DNA from: Promethearchaeia archaeon
GTDB taxonomy: Archaea; Asgardarchaeota; Lokiarchaeia; Sigyniarchaeales; SOKP01
Assembly: GCA_029856045.1 (NCBI GenBank)
Contig: JAHQWG010000012.1
Location: forward strand, 96,001 to 160,000
Length of the DNA: 64,000 nt
Reading direction: 5' to 3'
Shown: positions 10,705 through 20,829 of the stretch, piece by piece
Numbering within the stretch: the stretch's first letter is position 1
How the letters are laid out: each line of letters starts with the position of its first letter
Made by a program: the position numbers and the translations under genes
Notes under the pieces: model-generated
Database searches by the model: none
What the model was told of the DNA's origin: nothing
What the model saw: only the letters and a program-made list of their open reading frames with translations

Positions 10705-11577
10705 TTGTCTCGAGAATTAATAAAAAACCATCCCCTCACTTTTTATTTTATAATAAGCTATGCTATAATGATCATTACAGTTTCTATTCAATTAATTTTT
10801 AGTATTCCTAGTTTTGGGGTCTTGAGTTTTAATGTCCCGGGATTTATATTGTGGATTTTGATGATTTTTAGTCCCACCATTTCAAGTATAACCGTAACTG
10901 GTATCATTAATGGAAGGACGGGAATTAAGACCTTATTAAAAGGTTTTTCTATTTGGAAAGTTGGACTAATTTGGTATTTTGCAGCCTCTTTATTTCTCAT
11001 CGCGCCACTTATTGCTGGGATTTTTTATTTTATTTTTGGAGGAGAGGCACCGGGAATTGACCCAAGTTTAACCTTTCAAGTTATCATTTCCTATGTGGTA
11101 TTTGGGTTTTTCTCTGGCCCCTTAAGTGAAGAAGCAGGTTGGCGAGGCTTTGCTCTACCAAGGCTTGAATCAAAATATAATGCACTTGTAGCTAGTCTTA
11201 TTTTAGGAATAATTTGGACGTTTTGGCATTTACCATTGTATTTTTTACCTGATTCTTCGCAAATTGGAATCCCATTTCCAATATATATGGTTCTAGTTGT
11301 TTCTATAACTATTATAATGACTTGGGCATATAATAATACTAATGGTAGTTTAATCATTACAGTACTGATTCATTTCTGTTTTAATTTTGGTAGCGTATTA
11401 GTTGTTTCGATATTAGGATTAATATCTATGATGGTATTTTTCATTGTTGGTGCAGTATTGATCGTAATTTATCTGATATTCGTTATAGTTCATGGTGGTT
11501 CGAAAAAACTTTCCAGAAAACCAGATGAAGAAATGCCTTTTAATAAAATCATTACAAAAGAGGCGGCACTAAAATAA
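10705..11577 (+). CDS. CPBP/CAAX-family intramembrane metalloprotease
   Basis: EEAGWRGF, FWHLP, HFCFN motifs in an 8-TM protein. Confidence 0.92.
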   Translation: MSRELIKNHPLTFYFIISYAIMIITVSIQLIFSIPSFGVLSFNVPGFILWILMIFSPTISSITVTGIINGRTGIKTLLKGFSIWKVGLIWYFAASLFLIAPLIAGIFYFIFGGEAPGIDPSLTFQVIISYVVFGFFSGPLSEEAGWRGFALPRLESKYNALVASLILGIIWTFWHLPLYFLPDSSQIGIPFPIYMVLVVSITIIMTWAYNNTNGSLIITVLIHFCFNFGSVLVVSILGLISMMVFFIVGAVLIVIYLIFVIVHGGSKKLSRKPDEEMPFNKIITKEAALK

Positions 11578-11590
11578 AGATGGTATATAT

Positions 11591-11670
11591 CAATAGTTGC
11601 CGGGGGTTTAGACGTAATATCAAAATAGATATTCTTAACTTCGGGAATTGTTTTTAACTTATTTTTTTCC
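11591..11670 (+). terminator. Imperfect hairpin plus T-tract downstream of the CPBP gene
   Basis: CAAT..CCGGGGGTT..AATATC-AAAATA-GATATT..AACTTCGG..ATTG followed by TTTTTAACTTATTTTTTT. Confidence 0.35.
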
Positions 11671-11709
11671 TAAAAAAAATAAAATTATGGTTAAATAAGG
11701 TGTAGAAAA

Positions 11710-12675
11710 ATAGAACCAAAAACTCATGAATGTAAGACTGCTGATTCCGAATGGAATGAATCCTATTATTTTGTATTTTATGATAAAGAAATAAATTTGG
11801 GTGGAATGAGTCGAATTGGATTCAAGCCAAATAAACCAGAGGGAATGACATTTTTATTTCTCTTTTTGCCGGATGGTTCAGCTGCTGGATATCATCATAT
11901 TGAGAGCATTAAAGAATATTCAACTCCATTTAAAGTGGGTGGTATGGCTCATATATGTCAACCAGATGGAAAATGGAAATATGAATTTAATGGAAATATG
12001 ATTATGGTCAAGAATCCAGAAGATTTGCCGAAAGTTAGGGAACAACCAAAATTAATAGCGGGAGCTCATAAAGTAAAGATAAATCTCAATTTTGATCCAA
12101 TTAATGATGTGTATGAATATAGTGAAAATATGACTCCCGAGTCTTTAGAGCTTGGAAAAAAGGCGGGAGATAAACACTGGGAGCAAATTGCCAAGATCTC
12201 TGGGGATATTCAGGTCGGTGAAAAAAAATATCCTATTCGAAATACTCTTGGGCAACGAGATCACACTTATGGTATTCGAGATTGGACTGGTATAGGTAAT
12301 TGGTTGTATTATGTGGTTTGGTTTAATGAAAATTTAGCGATAAACCCAGCAGTTGTCATAGCTGATGATGGCAGATTATCTACAGGTGGTTTTCTTTTTA
12401 AAAATGGTCAAAATATTCCATTAAAAACGATTCGAATTATTGATCAACAATTTCGTGATGATAATATATTTCCAATTAGTTCAGAGCTTGAATTAATTGA
12501 CGCTTTAGATGATAAGCATATTCTGAAAGCACGTGTGAGATCAATTATTCCAGTTCCCTTTCAAGATAATGAGGGTAACCAATCTATCCTTATTCAATCA
12601 TTTGCAGATTACCAATTAGATGATAATAAAAATGGCTACGGATCATTAGAAACTTTAAGAAAAGTAAAAAAGTAA
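11710..12675 (+). CDS. Tocopherol-cyclase/AttH-like double beta-barrel protein (DUF7064-like); probable ATA start upstream of the track's TTG 11797
   Basis: In-frame upstream extension IEPKTHECKTADSEWNESYYFVFYD; HWEQ and GQRDHTYGIRDW motifs; AGGTGT 6 nt before ATA 11710; in-frame TAA at 11692. Confidence 0.75.
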   Translation: MEPKTHECKTADSEWNESYYFVFYDKEINLGGMSRIGFKPNKPEGMTFLFLFLPDGSAAGYHHIESIKEYSTPFKVGGMAHICQPDGKWKYEFNGNMIMVKNPEDLPKVREQPKLIAGAHKVKINLNFDPINDVYEYSENMTPESLELGKKAGDKHWEQIAKISGDIQVGEKKYPIRNTLGQRDHTYGIRDWTGIGNWLYYVVWFNENLAINPAVVIADDGRLSTGGFLFKNGQNIPLKTIRIIDQQFRDDNIFPISSELELIDALDDKHILKARVRSIIPVPFQDNEGNQSILIQSFADYQLDDNKNGYGSLETLRKVKK

Positions 12676-12698
12676 AAAATAAGGAATAAGATAAATTT

Positions 12699-12827
12699 TT
12701 AATTTCTTTTTTTATTACGTCTTTTTTTTTGAGATTTAGAGCCAAAACCCCAATCTGGAGTATGAGAATTTTTATTATTGTGTTTAATTTTATATTTTCC
12801 ATTTGTTTCTTCGAGGGGCGGGTTCAT
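12699..12827 (-). CDS. Putative 42-aa basic small protein
   Basis: MNPPLEETNGKYKIKHNNKNSHTPDWGFGSKSQKKRRNKKRN*; AAGGT upstream; CGACGAAAATTTATATA BRE/TATA-like element on the minus strand at about 12901-12917. Confidence 0.4.
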   Translation of the reverse strand: MNPPLEETNGKYKIKHNNKNSHTPDWGFGSKSQKKRRNKKRN

Positions 12828-12947
12828 TATTAAATAAACCTTCTAATATAAATGAACTATATTATTATTTAATTCTTAACATTACTTTCTATTTAAAAGA
12901 TATATAAATTTTCGTCGGTCTTTAAGACAAAAATGTAATATAATTGA

Positions 12948-15149
12948 TCAATTTAGTGAAAATTCCAACTCAAAATCGACTATACTATTAGTCATTACGA
13001 TATTTAAGCCTTGAAATATTTTTTGATATCCAGTATTCGTTCTTGAAAATGTTTTTATAGAATATTTTCCCATGTTAGCATTTTGTGCATTTCTCAAAAC
13101 TTTTAACGTAAATATTAAGTTATATGTTTGATCATAGGCACTAAAGAAATCACATTTTTGGAAGGTCCTTACTTGAGAGAAATCAGTTTTTGAATCATTT
13201 TTTAAGATTTTTAACTTATCTTCATTAAAAGTGTATTTAAATTGCTTTGGATCTCCATTAAAGAAAAATGGAACCTCAATACCTATTCTTAAATCATTTA
13301 AAATTTTTTCCAATATCTCGGGATTTTTTTTTTCAATAGATGGTTGTATTTTAAATGAAACATTGAATTTATTAGACCCAGATTGAAGTTTAATTATTTT
13401 AATTAGATCAAATCCAAAGGTTTGACCGGATTCTGGTTCAGTGATGCTTCCCGAATATTTCAATTTAACTATTGCAATATCATCATTAATTGTTGTTTCA
13501 AGAATTTCATAATCTCCTGAAATAAAATCACCTAATTCTTTATAAGTATTCCGACCAAGCTCTTTTACTGTGGTATCTTTATGAAATATCATAGTCCTAA
13601 GCATTCCTTTTCTAAAAAAATCAATAATAACTTCTTCCTTTTCATGATAAGCTTCATGCCATCTAGTCATAACATTAAGTAAATTGTATGATTTTGGCTT
13701 AAAATCTAACTCAAAAAGGATACCACCTAACCTTGGTTTTACATATAAATTGAGAATATCCGATTCTATTATTATATCTTCAAAACTGTCAAAATCAAAA
13801 TCTAATACATGAATTCTTGGACTTTTACTGAGTGGAATGATCGTATAATCGCTATATTTATTAATTAAGAGATTTTCGATCTTAGTTATTATTTTTTCTG
13901 CGTTTATAATATGAGTAAATATGGAAAAACGTAAAAATGCAAGGTAGATTCCTCCAAATTGGCCATGCCAATAACAGTCGTTGCACTGACTTTTATAAAC
14001 CTCGTCCCAAGCATTCGATAATAATTCTTGAAGTTTTTGATCTTGATTCCCTAATTTTATTATTTTATTTTCGATCATTTTTAATTTCTTACGAACGTAA
14101 AGCATCTTTTTATGCATTGTATTCGATTCAGGATATTTTACTAGGAAATATCGCCAGAATCCACCCTTAATAAACCTATCAATTTTTGAATCGATAATAT
14201 GATTTTCAATTTTTTCTTTAATTTTTTTAAATTGAATCCTCTGCTTAGTAGGAAGCACCCATTCCTCCATTTTATCGTAAGATGATGTGGGAATATATAT
14301 TAAACCTTTAGAGTTGTAATTTTCAATATATTCTGATAAAGTAAGGCTTTTTATCCAATCATTATCTAAGATTGTTTCAAACAAAGCTGGAATAAATGGC
14401 TTTTTGTCGTCCCCATCATAATGCCCTTTAATATAACAAATCTCATGTGTGGTCCCCCATACGCCCATCTTTTCGGCATCACTTAAAAGGACAACGATTC
14501 GGTCCCCATTTTCATCAGCGGATTTTTTTAAATAATCAATTGTCATAAAAGTAGGTTTCCAAGGAGTTAAATATCTAATTTTTTCGTTAATAGGAAAAAT
14601 CGTTAGAATGTTGCCTCCGTCTTCGACCGTATAAGAATAAAATGTATCTCTTTCTTCAAGACCACAGGCTTTGAGATGATTATCATCAACCAAAATATAT
14701 TTTAATCCTGCCTGATTTAAAAATGAAGGATAATTAGGTTCCCATACTCTTTCACTTAACCATGCTCCATTGACCTTTAATCCAAATTCATCCATTATGC
14801 GTTCGCTTAATTTATTCATTTGAGCGATTTTATCCTCATCAGGAATCATTGCATAAATCGGTTCATAATAACCGCCACCAATTATTTCAATTTGGTCTCT
14901 TTTTGACATTTTCTTCAATTTATCCACAATCTCTGGCTCATAATCACAGAACCAATCTAGAAGATTTCCTGAAAAATGGAGTGTAAACTTTATTTCTGGA
15001 AAATCGAACATTTGATCAATTAATGGTTCATATGCTTTTTTATAGCAGTCTTCAATAACCCAATGAAAATTATCTACGGGTTGATGGAAATGAAATACGA
15101 GAGGAAAATTGATTGATTTCCCTTTTATATCAGAGTTTTGTTCAGTCAT
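12948..15149 (-). CDS. GH57 alpha-amylase/4-alpha-glucanotransferase
   Basis: FHFHQP, GGGYYEPI, GAWLSERVWEP, SDAEKMGVWG, SYDKMEEW, KYPESNTMH, SQCNDCYWHGQFGGIY. Confidence 0.92.
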   Translation of the reverse strand: MTEQNSDIKGKSINFPLVFHFHQPVDNFHWVIEDCYKKAYEPLIDQMFDFPEIKFTLHFSGNLLDWFCDYEPEIVDKLKKMSKRDQIEIIGGGYYEPIYAMIPDEDKIAQMNKLSERIMDEFGLKVNGAWLSERVWEPNYPSFLNQAGLKYILVDDNHLKACGLEERDTFYSYTVEDGGNILTIFPINEKIRYLTPWKPTFMTIDYLKKSADENGDRIVVLLSDAEKMGVWGTTHEICYIKGHYDGDDKKPFIPALFETILDNDWIKSLTLSEYIENYNSKGLIYIPTSSYDKMEEWVLPTKQRIQFKKIKEKIENHIIDSKIDRFIKGGFWRYFLVKYPESNTMHKKMLYVRKKLKMIENKIIKLGNQDQKLQELLSNAWDEVYKSQCNDCYWHGQFGGIYLAFLRFSIFTHIINAEKIITKIENLLINKYSDYTIIPLSKSPRIHVLDFDFDSFEDIIIESDILNLYVKPRLGGILFELDFKPKSYNLLNVMTRWHEAYHEKEEVIIDFFRKGMLRTMIFHKDTTVKELGRNTYKELGDFISGDYEILETTINDDIAIVKLKYSGSITEPESGQTFGFDLIKIIKLQSGSNKFNVSFKIQPSIEKKNPEILEKILNDLRIGIEVPFFFNGDPKQFKYTFNEDKLKILKNDSKTDFSQVRTFQKCDFFSAYDQTYNLIFTLKVLRNAQNANMGKYSIKTFSRTNTGYQKIFQGLNIVMTNSIVDFELEFSLN

Positions 15150-15303
15150 ATTCTAGGTTCCTTCATTTTTATACAAATTAAAAAATCGAGTATAATTATT
15201 CATCTAATTTAAATATAGAATATAAATTTTAAAAAATGAAGTAAAATTCTAAAATATAAATTATCAATTCCTTTTAGATTAGAGAAAAAAATACATTAAG
15301 AGC

Positions 15304-16986
15304 ATGTCATTAAATATTAGTAGAGAAATTGCTTTAGAAATTATCAATACAAATGAATTTAAACATTGGTTGAAAAACAGAAGATGGTTTGGAGAAAAAA
15401 ATTTACCGGATTTTGATATAAAATTAAATTCTATTTATATTGTTCCAAATGAATTTATAACTCCACATGACTGTGCAATTATATTCACTGTTATTAATAT
15501 AAATTCCAATAAAGAAAGCAATTATTTTCTTCCATTATATATTTTAAAATCTTTCGATTCACTCAATGAGGAGATTAATACCTTAAAATTAATTGAGCAG
15601 AAATGTTTAATATTAGATTTGAGTGAAAAAACAAAAAAGATAATACTTTTTGAAGCTGAATTTTTTCCAGATTTTTGGAAGATTTTGTTTTCAAATTTTA
15701 ATAAATTAGGAGAGATAAATTGCGAAATATTTTCTGAAAAATTTAAAAATCTCTTATTAGATGATTTTCAAGTTAAAATAAAAGAATTAGGTGATGCAAA
15801 GACTACAAATATTGTTTTAAATTTGGAGATTGATAAACCAAATGATAAAAATGACACTGGAAGTTTAAATCAGTTGGTAGTAAAATCATACAGAAAATAT
15901 GCTCCACATATTGAAGTAGAAATGCTTAAAACTCTTAATAATAACAGCTTTAATGCGGCTCCTAATATGCTGGGTTTAATTAGTTTTAAAGAATATAATG
16001 TTCTTAATTTTATGAATTTTATAGAGAATGACGGAGATGTTGGTCTTATTTATTGGAATGAATTGAATGACCTTTTTGATTTTTACTTAAATAATCCTGA
16101 CGAATTAAATGAATATAATTTCAAGAAAAATATAAACCAAATAGAGTTAAAATTAAAAGAATATTGTAGAAATTCAATACAATTTAGTGGAAAACTTGGA
16201 GATTTTCTTAAATATTTGCATCAATGTCTTATCAATAACGAATCAAATGAATTTAGGTTAGAAAAAATAGATCAGGAAACAGTAACTTTAATATTAAATC
16301 AATTTAAGAGTCTTTTATCTGATATAATAAACGGTTTAAATCTTAGTAAAGAATTAGAAATTATAAAGAGTGAAGAAATTATTGCGATTTTAGTAAACAT
16401 ATCCTCAATAATGGACAATAAAGATTATTTTTTAAAAATAAAAGATGTTAAAACACAAAGAATTCATCAAGATTTACACATGGCCCAAATTTTAATTAGC
16501 AAGTTGGAAGGAAACTCGGAACTTATTATTACTGATTTTGAGGGAGATCCTCAATTATCTATTATGGAACAAAAAAGAAAATATCCAATTGAAAAAGATC
16601 TCGCCTCCCTTCTCAGATCACTTGATTATATTAAACTTCTCTCCCTAATTGGTGTAATAAAATATTATATAAAAGAAACCTCTGACCAGATATCTAAAAA
16701 AATTTTATTATCTTTATACAAAGAACAGAAGCCGACAGCATTATCGGAAAAAGATTATATTTTTCTTAAAAATCTTGTGAATATTGGAGATTTCTGGCAA
16801 TCTCATATATCCAATTTAATCTCTATTGCATATTATAAATCTGAAGAATTATACCAAATGAAAAAATTCCTTATAAATTTCTTTTCAATTCAAAGATGTT
16901 TGATGGAACTTCTCTACGAAATCAAATTTAGACCTGAAAATATCATGATCCCATTCTTAGGGTTAAAAAAAATCTTGCTAAAGTAA
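15304..16986 (-). other. No minus-strand feature supported here; placeholder noting that the maltokinase is on the plus strand
   Basis: See the plus-strand CDS at the same coordinates. Confidence 0.01.
15304..16986 (+). CDS. Maltokinase (Mak/Pep2-like)
   Basis: WLKNRRWFG N-cap, VKSYRK, EVEML, RIHQDLHMAQIL, DFEGDP, KDLASLLRSLDY, ELLYEIKFRP. Confidence 0.85.
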   Translation: MSLNISREIALEIINTNEFKHWLKNRRWFGEKNLPDFDIKLNSIYIVPNEFITPHDCAIIFTVININSNKESNYFLPLYILKSFDSLNEEINTLKLIEQKCLILDLSEKTKKIILFEAEFFPDFWKILFSNFNKLGEINCEIFSEKFKNLLLDDFQVKIKELGDAKTTNIVLNLEIDKPNDKNDTGSLNQLVVKSYRKYAPHIEVEMLKTLNNNSFNAAPNMLGLISFKEYNVLNFMNFIENDGDVGLIYWNELNDLFDFYLNNPDELNEYNFKKNINQIELKLKEYCRNSIQFSGKLGDFLKYLHQCLINNESNEFRLEKIDQETVTLILNQFKSLLSDIINGLNLSKELEIIKSEEIIAILVNISSIMDNKDYFLKIKDVKTQRIHQDLHMAQILISKLEGNSELIITDFEGDPQLSIMEQKRKYPIEKDLASLLRSLDYIKLLSLIGVIKYYIKETSDQISKKILLSLYKEQKPTALSEKDYIFLKNLVNIGDFWQSHISNLISIAYYKSEELYQMKKFLINFFSIQRCLMELLYEIKFRPENIMIPFLGLKKILLK

Positions 16987-17024
16987 TTCTGATAATTTTA
17001 ATAAATAAATTATATATAATTTAT

Positions 17025-18413
17025 TTAATCTAATTTTTCTGCTATATATGGTTTCAAAGATTTTATTGCGATTGCGTAAAGAGGAATTACGGATAATTCA
17101 ATAAATATTGAAATTATGAAAGGAGCTTTTGGACCTAAACTATCCCAGGCTAATCCCCCTAAAATCGGGCCCAAAATAGCACCTAATAAACTTAACCACT
17201 GAGCTGCTCCAAAAATTTTTCCACGATGGATTTTTGATATTCGACTGAGAACCTTTTGTAAAACTAAATTACCACCCCAGGCAAAAGTTGAATCAAATAG
17301 TAATATTATACCAAACATTAATCCAGATGTAGAATTAATTATTAACCACGTCACAAATGCACCTAATCCACTCACAACAGCAATTCCTAATATTGGATTT
17401 ACTTTATCAGCAATTTTTCCTATTTTAGAAGCAAATAATTGAGATAATACTTGACTAGGAAAATAAATTAACATTACAAGTGTAGGGTTCTCAATTTTTA
17501 ACTCTTGTATCAAATAGACTTGAAAAAATGGATATGCTAATTCTGAATTCATATTACTTGTCATAAAAGCAATACTCAATACAAAAAAACCGATAAAAAA
17601 TCCAATTGCTAAATTATTCCTTGATTTAAAAAGAGAATCTTGTTTCACAGGCTCTTGAGAAATAATGGTTGGTTCGACTGAAGATGGAAATAAATTAAAA
17701 ATATGCTTTTCATATGTGAGTTCCTCATTAACTTTACGATGAAAAATTATCCCTCCAAAAATATTAGATATAGCAAATAATAATAGTGGGCTGTAAACTA
17801 AAAAAAGATTTTCAGGAATAAAGAAATTTGCTAAACCAAAGATAGTAAAACTAATAATTGATCCAATGAGGTTTCCTTTTCCTATCATTGCAACCCTTTT
17901 ACCGAATGCAAAAGAACGATTATCTTTATTTGATTTTTCGGAAATTAATGTATCTAATGGTGTCCAAAAAAATCCAACAAAAAATCCCAAAACAAACATT
18001 CCAATAGTAAAGATCAATAAAGAAGAAAATAAAATACCCACATACATTAATATATAGCATGCGGCACGCCCAATACTCCCTATTAGGACCAAAACCTTTT
18101 TTGAGACACGATCAGTTAAATAACCAATAATCGGAGCACTAATTAACCCACCCATTATTTGTATTGAAAATGTAAAACCTAATTGCAAACCTGAAGCTCC
18201 AAGTAATTGCACTGTTATATATGGTATTAAAAATGAAAAAAAGAAAAATCCCATACTATTCCAAAAGATAATTCGAATCATAGGAACAAAATCTGGAGTA
18301 ATCTTTACCTGGATTTTATCTTCTTGAGGATTCCCTCCAGAATTAATTCGTTTTGTCTCTTTTGATATATGTTTAGAATTAGAATGATTCTTAGTATCAA
18401 TATTATTAAACAA
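17025..18413 (-). CDS. MFS transporter
   Basis: 12 TM pattern, GYLTDRVSKK and GKIADKV motif-A loops. Confidence 0.9.
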   Translation of the reverse strand: MFNNIDTKNHSNSKHISKETKRINSGGNPQEDKIQVKITPDFVPMIRIIFWNSMGFFFFSFLIPYITVQLLGASGLQLGFTFSIQIMGGLISAPIIGYLTDRVSKKVLVLIGSIGRAACYILMYVGILFSSLLIFTIGMFVLGFFVGFFWTPLDTLISEKSNKDNRSFAFGKRVAMIGKGNLIGSIISFTIFGLANFFIPENLFLVYSPLLLFAISNIFGGIIFHRKVNEELTYEKHIFNLFPSSVEPTIISQEPVKQDSLFKSRNNLAIGFFIGFFVLSIAFMTSNMNSELAYPFFQVYLIQELKIENPTLVMLIYFPSQVLSQLFASKIGKIADKVNPILGIAVVSGLGAFVTWLIINSTSGLMFGIILLFDSTFAWGGNLVLQKVLSRISKIHRGKIFGAAQWLSLLGAILGPILGGLAWDSLGPKAPFIISIFIELSVIPLYAIAIKSLKPYIAEKLD

Positions 18414-18614
18414 TTAAAAAAGCTCCCTTAAGACTATTATATTTAACAAAGAGCCTTTTCCTAAAAAGTTCATTATTTAACTCATAACTAAAATTTATAG
18501 AATAAATCGAAACAACATAATTTAGAGCAAATAATGATACTAATCAAAAACGCCACTTGTTAAATAAAATTTAGATGGAAATTGGAATAAAAACAAAGAT
18601 TTCTCAAAAGAATA

Positions 18615-19205
18615 CTATTCCTCTCTCAAATGCATAAATGTAAAGGTATAATAACCACTTGGAGCGTTTTCAAATTTGCCAAAAACTCTCTCATATTCTT
18701 TTTTTATCTTATCAGACGAAACATTTTCGCTTAAAAATCGCATCGGCATTTTTTTTTCATTCACTAAACGATAACAAAATGACTTTACAAAATTTTCAGG
18801 TCCAAATTCATGAGGTATCTGAATATTTCTGTTACTGTCAAGAATTAGTAAAAACCAACCTAATCTATTGCATAATTTTAATTTGTATTCTAAACTGAAA
18901 TCTCCCTTAATTCTGCATATATCATTCACATATAAAGCCATATCATCACCGAGATCCATTTGAGATATTTCATCCAATTTTGATAATATATTATGAATAG
19001 TCTCCTGCTTTAAGACCATTAAAGATCGATTATTATATCCCCGTATTGTTCCATCATTATGTATTGCTAAGATTTCAGCTAAATTCAGGAAATTTCTTAT
19101 TACACTACCTTTCTTATCATTTAGTATTTTTTCAGAAATAAATTTCAGTTGTTTTATCAAATCAGAACTAATTCTTACTGTTATAGGCTTTTTTTCTGTA
19201 CTCAT
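18615..19205 (-). CDS. Putative regulator with N-terminal ribbon-helix-helix domain
   Basis: KKPITVRISSDLIKQL...KGSVIRNFL; C-terminal domain unassigned (possibly V4R-like). Confidence 0.6.
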   Translation of the reverse strand: MSTEKKPITVRISSDLIKQLKFISEKILNDKKGSVIRNFLNLAEILAIHNDGTIRGYNNRSLMVLKQETIHNILSKLDEISQMDLGDDMALYVNDICRIKGDFSLEYKLKLCNRLGWFLLILDSNRNIQIPHEFGPENFVKSFCYRLVNEKKMPMRFLSENVSSDKIKKEYERVFGKFENAPSGYYTFTFMHLREE

Positions 19206-19485
19206 AATTTTTTAATATGAATTTATACATATATACTTTTGTAGAGATCATACACATAAAATTACAAAGTCTTCAAAAAGAATTTTAAGATATAGCCAAA
19301 AATGATAATTTAAAATATAAGTTGTATTATATTTATTCCTTATAATTTCCCATTTTTGTGGAAAATAATTAACATTAATTTAAATATTAGAATTTGTATA
19401 TAATTTTTTCCCAAAAAAGTATTTATTTGAATAAGAAATTATTTATAAAAATATGTAGTCTTTTAGCATATTTTTTATTAAAATG

Positions 19486-19535
19486 ATGACAATCGTGACA
19501 TTTGTTACATTTGATGCGACGAAAAACCTTTAAAT
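19486..19535 (+). promoter_or_regulatory. Three 9-bp direct repeats abutting a BRE/TATA element
   Basis: ATGACAATC-GTGACATTT-GTTACATTT then GATGCGACGAAAAACC-TTTAAAT, upstream of the ArsR gene. Confidence 0.5.
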
Positions 19536-19601
19536 CTTAAGAGAATATTAATTTGATTGTAATATAAATAGTAAATCTTGATTAAGGGTTAAAATTATAA
19601 A

Positions 19602-19940
19602 ATGGAATTTACAGAAACGGTTTCTTTTAAAGAAGTCTTGGATAGTATTGAGCAAGATCTTAAAATAGATGATGATGAAAAAATTGAATTAATTTCAAAA
19701 GCTCTATCGAGTCAAACAAGACGAGATATTATACGCCTTATTAGAAATCAATCAAGAAATGGTGAGTTAATTGATGTTTCATCAATTGCGGGCATATTAA
19801 ATATGACAGAAGCAAACATTTCCGCACAGATTAAACGACTTGAGAAGGCAGGATTGATTCGATGTTATTATATGCCTGGGCATCATGGTGTAAAGAAAAT
19901 TTCTCAAATGACATATAAAAAAATCATTTTTAGTATCTAG
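19602..19940 (+). CDS. ArsR-family winged-helix regulator
   Basis: KALSSQTRRDII...IAGILNMTEANISAQIKRLEKAGLI. Confidence 0.88.
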   Translation: MEFTETVSFKEVLDSIEQDLKIDDDEKIELISKALSSQTRRDIIRLIRNQSRNGELIDVSSIAGILNMTEANISAQIKRLEKAGLIRCYYMPGHHGVKKISQMTYKKIIFSI

Positions 19941-20064
19941 TCCTATTAATCTTTCAATTCAGGGGGAAATTCCGATTCTTTCTCCATTTTAATATTATTT
20001 TTAAATTCGATTTGATTTTTTATTTTACGGTAGAGATTATTAATGTAATTAAGATATTATCAAT

Positions 20065-20757
20065 TTAATTTACGTTCTCTTTTGTTTTAGAGTATCTAGT
20101 CTTTATATCTTTGAGTACAATTCGTCTCGTTCCTGGTTTCATTAATCTTAAACCATATACTAATTCAATGAAATTTACAATCATATGGGAGGTTGCTCCA
20201 AATATTACATACTTTTTATTATTTGCTTTATAATTATATTTTCCTACGGCAATGGTGTCACCTCTAAGCTTATATGTTCTCTCAAGATAATTTTTTTTAT
20301 TTACCAAAAATGAAATTGGGACCTTTATAATTTCTTGTACCTCATCGTCATTTTTAACCATATTTTGTAATTTATCAATAAATCCAACAAAAGGAGTTAT
20401 CGTATGTCCTTTCGGTGTAATAACATCGTCAATACATCCCATTATATGAACTTTATCTCTTGGGATACCTAATTCTTCTTCAGTCTCTCTTAACGCTGTT
20501 TCTTCATATGTGTCATCTATTTGAGGTTCATATAATCCTCCGGGAAAGGCCATTTCTCCAGCATATCTATCGGTAGGTCTATGTGTACGTCTAATTAAAA
20601 CTAAATTATAAGGTTTATAGTTATAAGGAATAATCAATAATAATACAACTGAATCTATAAGATAATTCTCTTTAAGAGAGAGTCTAAAAGGTGAATTAAA
20701 TTTTTTTAACCTATTTTTAACTAAATCTTCATTAAATACTAAATTCATGAATATCAA
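20065..20757 (-). CDS. Nudix hydrolase, CoA pyrophosphatase type
   Basis: LIRR..RYAGEMAFPGG, TALRETEEELG, IFGAT. Confidence 0.9.
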   Translation of the reverse strand: MIFMNLVFNEDLVKNRLKKFNSPFRLSLKENYLIDSVVLLLIIPYNYKPYNLVLIRRTHRPTDRYAGEMAFPGGLYEPQIDDTYEETALRETEEELGIPRDKVHIMGCIDDVITPKGHTITPFVGFIDKLQNMVKNDDEVQEIIKVPISFLVNKKNYLERTYKLRGDTIAVGKYNYKANNKKYVIFGATSHMIVNFIELVYGLRLMKPGTRRIVLKDIKTRYSKTKENVN

Positions 20758-20829
20758 TATTATTCTTTAAAATAATTGCGTTTATTAACATAATTTAGAT
20801 TGAAGAGTTATGTGTATATGTACATTAAA

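Noticed and set aside
11591-11650. SECIS element
   Set aside because: No AUGA/GA core, and no neighbouring gene with an in-frame TGA at a Cys-equivalent position
12590-12802. Track ORF of 70 aa on the minus strand
   Set aside because: Overlaps the end of the barrel gene and reads through low-complexity tracts; the 42-aa frame at 12699-12827 fits the gap better
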